DNA of 11,807 bases from Candidatus Bathyarchaeia archaeon (GTDB taxonomy: Archaea; Thermoproteota; Bathyarchaeia; Bathyarchaeales; Bathycorpusculaceae): positions 1 to 11,807 of the forward strand of contig JBEKKX010000053.1 of assembly GCA_050010515.1 (NCBI GenBank). Reading direction: 5' to 3'. The position numbers were made by a program, and so were the translations under genes. The first letter of the stretch is position 1, and every line of letters starts with the position of its first letter. The notes under the pieces are model-generated. The model searched no databases. It was not told the origin of the DNA and was given only the letters and a program-made list of their open reading frames with translations. Below are positions 7,436 through 11,807 of this stretch, one piece after another.

Positions 7436-8020
7436 ATGAAGATGAAAAGAATTATGATTTTAGTTCCCGTACTGGCTTTGGTGATGTTGTTTGCTACGGC
7501 CGCACCAGCTATGGCTTGCAAACCACAACATGGAACTTTCACACAAACAGGAATTGGCATGGGGACCAGCCCTGGAACCGTCTATGTGGACGCAAATAAT
7601 GTCCAGCATGCCATAGGAGCTCACGGAGAAATAACGTTCTTTGGATCGCCATGGGGAACGGCTGTAGCCACAACTACAAACAATGTTAAGCTTAGTTTGA
7701 CGAGCTTCACTGGAACAGGTCATTCAGCGGCTGTATTTAACTACAAAACAGGAGTTGCTAAGGGAGTCGCATTCCTTACATTCAATGGACTTGGCTGGTA
7801 CACCTATAATGGACCAACCATAACTGCCTATGGACTAACAATAACTCATGGACAAAAGATTTTCGGAGTACTATTTTCAGAGGTTGGAGGTGCGTTCGGC
7901 ACGAAAGGGAACCTGAGAGGACTAAACGAGATAATTGAATCGGGCACGGGCGTAAGCATAACGACACCTAACGGACTAATGGACGTCATAAGCGAAACTT
8001 ATTCGTACTGGTTCACTTAA
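7436..8020 (+). CDS. Secreted Gly/Thr-rich beta-strand hypothetical protein (194 aa)
   Basis: Start moved from GTG 7427, which is part of the SD GGAGGTGA, to ATG 7436. Signal peptide MKMKRIMILVPVLALVMLFATAAPAMA|C. Alternating beta pattern, GAFGTKGNLRG motif, no C-terminal membrane anchor. Followed by an oligo-T tract. Confidence 0.85.
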   Translation: MKMKRIMILVPVLALVMLFATAAPAMACKPQHGTFTQTGIGMGTSPGTVYVDANNVQHAIGAHGEITFFGSPWGTAVATTTNNVKLSLTSFTGTGHSAAVFNYKTGVAKGVAFLTFNGLGWYTYNGPTITAYGLTITHGQKIFGVLFSEVGGAFGTKGNLRGLNEIIESGTGVSITTPNGLMDVISETYSYWFT

Positions 8021-8034
8021 TAGGTTAGTCAAAA

Positions 8035-8061
8035 TCTTCTCTATTTTCTGTTTTTCTTTCT
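8035..8061 (+). terminator. Archaeal oligo-T terminator
   Basis: TCTTCTCTATTTTCTGTTTTTCTTTCT beginning 15 nt after the stop codon of the secreted protein. Confidence 0.6.
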
Positions 8062-8290
8062 GGAAAATTAAATAAAACGTTAACTAACTTGTGATGGAGA
8101 ACGAACGCGCTAAGCGCTAACAAATCACCGTCACGGGATTAATGGGGCACGAAGCCAACGCCTATGCCTGGAGGTGAAGATCACTTTAGTTGCCAAGCAG
8201 CCAACGATAAACCAACCACGCAGTCATCGTGGTAGTACGCTAGATTTACTCGGTGCTATCCCCATTCTTGGAGATTCGAACCTGAAGTGG

Positions 8291-8317
8291 GCTGGGTCTC
8301 TATGGAATTTGACCCCA
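8291..8317 (-). repeat. Degenerate third copy of the tRNA 3' end (relic att site)
   Basis: GCTGGGTCTCTATGGAATTTGACCCCA aligns to GC-GGGTC-CGATGGGATTTGAACCCA (8741-8765). By hand: 22 of 25 bases match, with 3 substitutions and 2 single-base insertions, same orientation. Confidence 0.5.
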
Positions 8318-8398
8318 AAAGGGGGCGGAACCATCAGCTTGAAAATCGCCGACAGTGAAAAAAAGCTGAAAAACAGCCCGCAAGCGCTTCAGCGCACA

Positions 8399-8424
8399 GG
8401 GCTGAGTCGGACCGGACTTAGCCC
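8399..8424. other. GC-rich hairpin
   Basis: GGGCTGAGTC-GGACCG-GACTTAGCCC: 10-bp stem with one G:T pair and a 6-nt loop, about 40 nt beyond the integrase remnant stop. Confidence 0.6.
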
Positions 8425-8464
8425 CAAACGGGTCTGAGTTCCTATTCTAAGTTGAAGAATAAGG

Positions 8465-8665
8465 CTATTTTTCTAAAAGCAAATCATAAAGCTCTTCTTC
8501 GCTCATCTCAAGAAGGTTACCTGGCACAATTTTCAAATCGTTACAGAAATATCCTAAACGCCTGAGATATACCTCGGCCGTTATCACCGAACCGCGGGCG
8601 ACATTATCCCGCCAACGCCTAACCGCTTTGTCATTCAAAAGAGACGAGTAATCGCTCCCGCGCAC
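8465..8665 (-). pseudogene. Truncated archaeal site-specific (tyrosine) integrase, N-terminal domain only
   Basis: From GTG 8665: MRGSDYSSLLNDKAVRRWRDNVARGSVITAEVYLRRLGYFCNDLKIVPGNLLEMSEEELYDLLLEK*. I recognise VRRW.dN.ARGS.ITA.VYLRRLG.FC as the N-terminus of archaeal integrases. It stops at 66 aa with no catalytic R-H-R-H/W-Y domain and lies directly downstream of the tRNA. The ORF-track start at 8785 falls inside the tRNA intron. Confidence 0.75.
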
Positions 8666-8739
8666 AACCTTTTTCTCCCTACAAAACCTCTTTCGGCTGA
8701 ATACATTTAACCGGTGTGGTAGACCTGAACCTAAAAGGG

Positions 8740-8756
8740 AGCGGGTCCGATGGGAT
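8740..8756 (-). repeat. attL-like direct repeat within the tRNA-Arg 3' end
   Basis: AGCGGGTCCGATGGGAT, identical to 1946-1962. Confidence 0.9.
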
Positions 8757-8840
8757 TTGAACCCATGACTTTCAGCTCTCTTCACACCCCAAAACGGGCG
8801 ATAGAAGGCTGACGCGCTATCCGTACTGCGCCACGGACCC
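8742..8840 (-). tRNA. tRNA-Arg(UCU) with intron; CCA not encoded
   Basis: GGGTCCG TG GCGC AGTACGGATA GCGC G TCAGC CT TCT A [intron] A GCTGA AAGTC ATGGG TTCAAAT CCCAT CGGACCC G. All four stems pair. Anticodon at 8805-8803; 75 nt after splicing. Confidence 0.97.
8778..8801 (-). other. 24-nt tRNA intron at canonical position 37/38
   Basis: TCGCCCGTTTTGGGGTGTGAAGAG. The central 4-bp helix is CTTC/GAAG with bulges TA|T and AG|A. The intron helix CGCCC/GGGTG is offset by one extra T (relaxed BHB / bulge-helix-loop). Confidence 0.9.
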
Positions 8841-8929
8841 TTTTCGGCTCTTTAATGAAAACACTTACAAATATAATTTTACCTATCGCTTCACCCTAAA
8901 AAAAGAGGCTAAAGGTGCTCTATGCAAAG

Positions 8930-9751
8930 TTATAGTTTTTGTCCGCAACGTGTGCAGTATATGGCGTCTGTTTGGTTTGGTGCTCCGCAGTGGGAGCAGT
9001 ATTTTACTTGCGCTGAAACACTTAGAACCGGCTGAACATTGACTGGTGCAATCGCTGGGGACGCTGGCGGTTTTATTCTGAAATACGCCATCGCTAGCAA
9101 CACCCAAGCAACATCCTGAACTAACCCGCCTGGAATCATGAAAGTCAGCAGGGAATTGAAGGAAAGCGAAACCGAAGACCCTATAACCGCAAATATAATT
9201 GTGAGCAAGACGCTTACTAAGGCGCCAGCTAACAACACTATAGCACCAGTTCTAAACAACAGTACCTTGGATTTGTCCGCCAACAAATTAAAGGCTCTCA
9301 CGTTAAACAATACCCAAATCAGCCCGATAACCGCAAAGACCGGAAGAACTGGCAGTATAGAACTTAGCATTGACGATGTTATTTGTGATGGAGAAGCAGG
9401 TGCTGAAGTAAAGTTTGGAATAATACTACCGATATTTGAGAGTATAAGTATAATAGTGAAGATTCCCGCTATTACACCTACAATTATAACTATGATAAGT
9501 CCGTATAACAGATTATCGAATATTCGATGGTCGCCGTAGTCTCTGGAGAAACCATACATCGCTATAAAAAATAAAAGTAAACCAACTAACCCTAAAACAC
9601 CAACAATGCCAGAGATTCCTGAAAGCGCCAAGTAAGCTACACTTGAATTTGGTAAAGCATACTGGAAAAGCTCAGAAACTTGACTCACTACACCAATTAG
9701 AATAAAACAAGCGGCAATTCCACCCATAGTCCTGTTAGACTCAATGGTCAA
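8930..9751 (-). CDS. DUF996-family membrane protein with C-terminal zinc ribbon
   Basis: 273 aa, about 6 TM helices. LGLVGLLLFFIAMYGFSRDYGDHRIFDNLLYG and LADKSKVLLFRTGA match the DUF996 pattern. Pro-rich linker, then KYCSHCGAPNQTDAIYCTRCGQKL. Confidence 0.85.
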   Translation of the reverse strand: MTIESNRTMGGIAACFILIGVVSQVSELFQYALPNSSVAYLALSGISGIVGVLGLVGLLLFFIAMYGFSRDYGDHRIFDNLLYGLIIVIIVGVIAGIFTIILILSNIGSIIPNFTSAPASPSQITSSMLSSILPVLPVFAVIGLIWVLFNVRAFNLLADKSKVLLFRTGAIVLLAGALVSVLLTIIFAVIGSSVSLSFNSLLTFMIPGGLVQDVAWVLLAMAYFRIKPPASPAIAPVNVQPVLSVSAQVKYCSHCGAPNQTDAIYCTRCGQKL

Positions 9752-9840
9752 TTTTTAACCTTCACAAACAGCTATTAGGTGGCGATTAAGGGATAAGTTT
9801 TTGCTAGCCAGCAAGCTCCAGTTCCTTGAGGGATAAAGCG

Positions 9841-10000
9841 CCTATTTAGAGCATATTTGAACATCTAATATTAAAATTCATGTTAATTGTGCCAAAAAGT
9901 ACATGTAATTTCACCAATTCTACATGCAAAGTGCGGGGCATTAATTCTATGTTGAACTATGTTGAATCATATTTGAAGCATATTAGAAGCATCTAGTAGA
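9841..10000. repeat. Two clusters of 10-11-bp degenerate tandem repeats (CATATTTGAA/CTATGTTGAA-like)
   Basis: CTATGTTGAA x2 (9947-9966), TCATATTTGAA, GCATATTAGAA, GCATCTAGTAGA (to 10000). Also CCTATTTAGA / GCATATTTGA / ACATCTAATA (9841-9870). Confidence 0.65.
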
Positions 10001-10090
10001 CCGGAGGGTAGGCTTGAGCACACACACAAATCCCTAAGACAAAGCAGAGCTCGAATAGCCTAAAAAATCGTTTTTCCCCAAAAGAAACGC

Positions 10091-11092
10091 TTAGTTCTTT
10101 ATGTTGCCAACTCTTAGTTTTTCCACATCAGCATCATCTGGTACTGATACAGTTACGGATTTGTTGAGGGTTTCTCTGCCAAAGTTCACTTTGACTTCGC
10201 CTGTTTTAGCATCCGAATAATAAGCCGTTAATTTGGCGGCTGTTTCAATGGCGTTTTTGGTTTTCGGTCCCTGCAAAATCGTTATCGGACCGACAATTTC
10301 GGGCAGTTCAAAATAGTATTCGCTTTGAGCTTTTCTAGCGGTTAAAAGTTTGTTTTCCGCCTCGTTTCTTCCGACAACTATCTTGTTTTTGCCCGCTCTA
10401 AAGTGCCTGCCAACTCGAAGCAAAGCGATATCAGCCATGGAAACGCGTTTCTTGTAGGTGAAGAGGTCTCGGATTTTCTTTGCATATTCTTCGCATGTTA
10501 ATAGGCATCCGCCGGCAGGACAAGGGTAATCTTTAATGCCATACTCGGTTGCAAGCTTAAACTGAGGCTTCCTTGACCGCCCTTGAATATCCATCAGCAT
10601 AGACCTGTTGACTAAACCTCTCTTTTCTACATCCGTTTCAGGCAGCAATCTGGCGGACAATGGTCTTAAAACTTTACCGTTCAATCCGGCTTCCTTTTCA
10701 ATAAGCCTCATTGCCTGATAATGCTGAGACATTGGTCGTTCATCCAAAACTTCGCCTGTAAAAATGAAAGCTGCACCTATCTCTTTTGCGTACTTCTTGG
10801 CTCTTTTCATGAGGAAAATTCTGCAGTCAATGCAGGGGTTCATGTTCCTGCCGTAACCATGCCTGGGTTTGCGAAGCATCCGTAAATAATCGTTCCCAGC
10901 AGCAACCACTTTTAAGGGTACATTTAACTGTTTAGCTGCGTCCACTGATGCGCAACCGTTTTTTTTGCAGAGGCAAAATGGACTTCTAACGTTAAAGGCA
11001 GTCACTTCGATGCCTTGCTTTAAAATCATTTCTGTAGCAAGAATGCTATCCAATCCACCTGAAAGCAAACCTAAAGCCTTAACGCGAGTCAT
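10091..11092 (-). CDS. PP-loop tRNA thiouridylase (ThiI/MnmA-like) with C-terminal NFACT-R/DUF814-like RNA-binding domain
   Basis: Likely start ATG 11092 (MTRVKALGLLSGGLDS), 333 aa. Motifs SGGLDS, NPCIDCR, TGEVLDERPMSQ, LRPLSA, GRSRKPQ, PAGGCLLT, GRHFR, IVVGRNEAEN. No N-terminal THUMP domain. Confidence 0.88.
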   Translation of the reverse strand: MTRVKALGLLSGGLDSILATEMILKQGIEVTAFNVRSPFCLCKKNGCASVDAAKQLNVPLKVVAAGNDYLRMLRKPRHGYGRNMNPCIDCRIFLMKRAKKYAKEIGAAFIFTGEVLDERPMSQHYQAMRLIEKEAGLNGKVLRPLSARLLPETDVEKRGLVNRSMLMDIQGRSRKPQFKLATEYGIKDYPCPAGGCLLTCEEYAKKIRDLFTYKKRVSMADIALLRVGRHFRAGKNKIVVGRNEAENKLLTARKAQSEYYFELPEIVGPITILQGPKTKNAIETAAKLTAYYSDAKTGEVKVNFGRETLNKSVTVSVPDDADVEKLRVGNIKN

Positions 11093-11364
11093 ATCGCCAA
11101 TAGCATTCTTCGCCCTAAATAATAATCTAACGATAAATAATAGAAGAAAAAACCTGACAAAGCAAAACAAGAATAATCTTGCTGAATCCAGAAGGTTTTT
11201 CGCATGCATCTGGGCTTTGTTAAGAGACTTGACTTATTTGCGAAGTGCAGTTTGTTCGTTATCCTTAAGCGAACTTGACTTTTTAGCGAATTTCAGTTGT
11301 CAAAAAGCTATAAAATCTTAAAACCTCTACAGAAAATGGCAAGAAAGCGCTGGAGGAGAAACAA

Positions 11365-11807
11365 TTGGTTGTTGAAAAAAATGAAAACATCATCAGCTAT
11401 CAAGAATACGCCGCTAAAAATGCTGAAGCAAATATAAGTGTTACTAAGTGGAAAGACTATAAATGGCAACTGAATAATTCGATAAAAACTGTTGCTGCTT
11501 TTGAAAATTTTACAGGTATTACATTCACAGAAAAAGAACATAAAGAACTTGAAAAAACAATCCGCAAATTTCCGCTGAGCATAACACCATATTATGCATC
11601 ATTAATAAAAAAAGAAAATTACCGTAATGACTCCATATTTAAGCAAGCGTTTCCTAATCCAGCCGAACTAAAAATTTCAAAATATGACATGAAAGACCCC
11701 TTACATGAAGACAAAGACAGCCCCACCAAAGGAATTACCCATCGATACCCTGACAGAGTCCTTTTTCTGGTTAGTAACCGATGCGCAATGTACTGTAGAC
11801 ACTGCAC
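11365..11807 (+). CDS. kamA: Lysine 2,3-aminomutase (KamA/AblA radical SAM family); 3'-partial
   Basis: Not in the ORF track. TTG start after SD GGAGG (11352-11356). Translation includes WKDYKWQLNNSI, FPLSITPYYASLI and DPLHEDKDSPTKGITHRYPDRVLFLVSNRCAMYCRHC, with the CxxxCxxC motif at the window end. Confidence 0.95.
   Translation, partial: MVVEKNENIISYQEYAAKNAEANISVTKWKDYKWQLNNSIKTVAAFENFTGITFTEKEHKELEKTIRKFPLSITPYYASLIKKENYRNDSIFKQAFPNPAELKISKYDMKDPLHEDKDSPTKGITHRYPDRVLFLVSNRCAMYCRHC

Larger units (their letters stand above)
1946..8756. mobile_element. tRNA-Arg-integrated genomic island (~6.8 kb), degenerate and probably immobile
   Basis: Bounded by 17-bp direct repeats matching the tRNA 3' end, with an integrase N-terminal remnant immediately downstream of the tRNA. 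Cargo is accessory-type: MFS, STAND regulator, secreted protein. Confidence 0.8.

Noticed and set aside
8121-8177. GLMGH...Y peptide resembling the tyrosine-recombinase C-terminal motif
   Set aside because: Only 18 codons between stops, on the opposite strand to the integrase remnant; likely chance.
8270-8285. GGTTCGAATC T-loop-like motif on the minus strand
   Set aside because: The T-stem does not pair and no cloverleaf forms.
8174-8437. 87-aa plus-strand ORF
   Set aside because: Its GTG is part of a GGAGGTGA sequence, it has no recognisable motifs, and it overlaps the degenerate att copy and hairpins.
8666-8785. Integrase ORF extended through the tRNA 3' end (SSV-type split integrase)
   Set aside because: The recognisable segment is an N-terminal domain with its own GTG, purine-rich SD and TATA-like element. 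No complementary integrase half is visible at 1946-2260.
11093-11209. Hydrophobic 39-aa N-terminal extension of the thiouridylase
   Set aside because: The family starts just before KALGLLSGGLDS, and ATG 11092 has an upstream GGCGA. The extension is T-rich upstream DNA.
901-11807. Remaining short ORF-track entries (e.g. 2073-2309, 2396-2701, 3107-3499, 4516-6573 minus, 7327-7599, 8883-9107, 9138-9539, 10965-11321, 11308-11807 minus)
   Set aside because: Antisense or alternate-frame shadows of well-supported genes, or motif-less intergenic frames.

Overview
Archaeal window, most likely Bathyarchaeia (inferred from the intron-containing tRNA, BRE/TATA promoters, GGAGGTGA Shine-Dalgarno sites and the protein families). 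A minus-strand tRNA-Arg(UCU) with a 24-nt canonical intron lies at 8742-8840. Its 3' end is repeated exactly (17 bp) at 1946-1962 and in degenerate form at 8291-8317. These repeats delimit a ~6.8-kb, apparently immobilised integrative island with a truncated tyrosine-integrase N-terminus. The island carries an MFS transporter, a 1076-aa STAND ATPase-TPR-Ig-winged-helix protein, and a secreted beta-rich protein whose promoter is bracketed by GGAAAA(A)T boxes. This trio is the best candidate for an undescribed archaeal MalT-like sensing/activation system. Left of the island are a partial membrane-anchored GOLD/p24-like gene with an apparent ATT start, a gene remnant, a dienelactone hydrolase and a coupled 40-aa ORF. 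Right of the tRNA are a DUF996-zinc-ribbon membrane protein, a helically phased repeat array, a PP-loop thiouridylase with an NFACT-R-like domain, and the 5' part of a lysine 2,3-aminomutase. Family assignments come from motif recognition and memory, not database searches.
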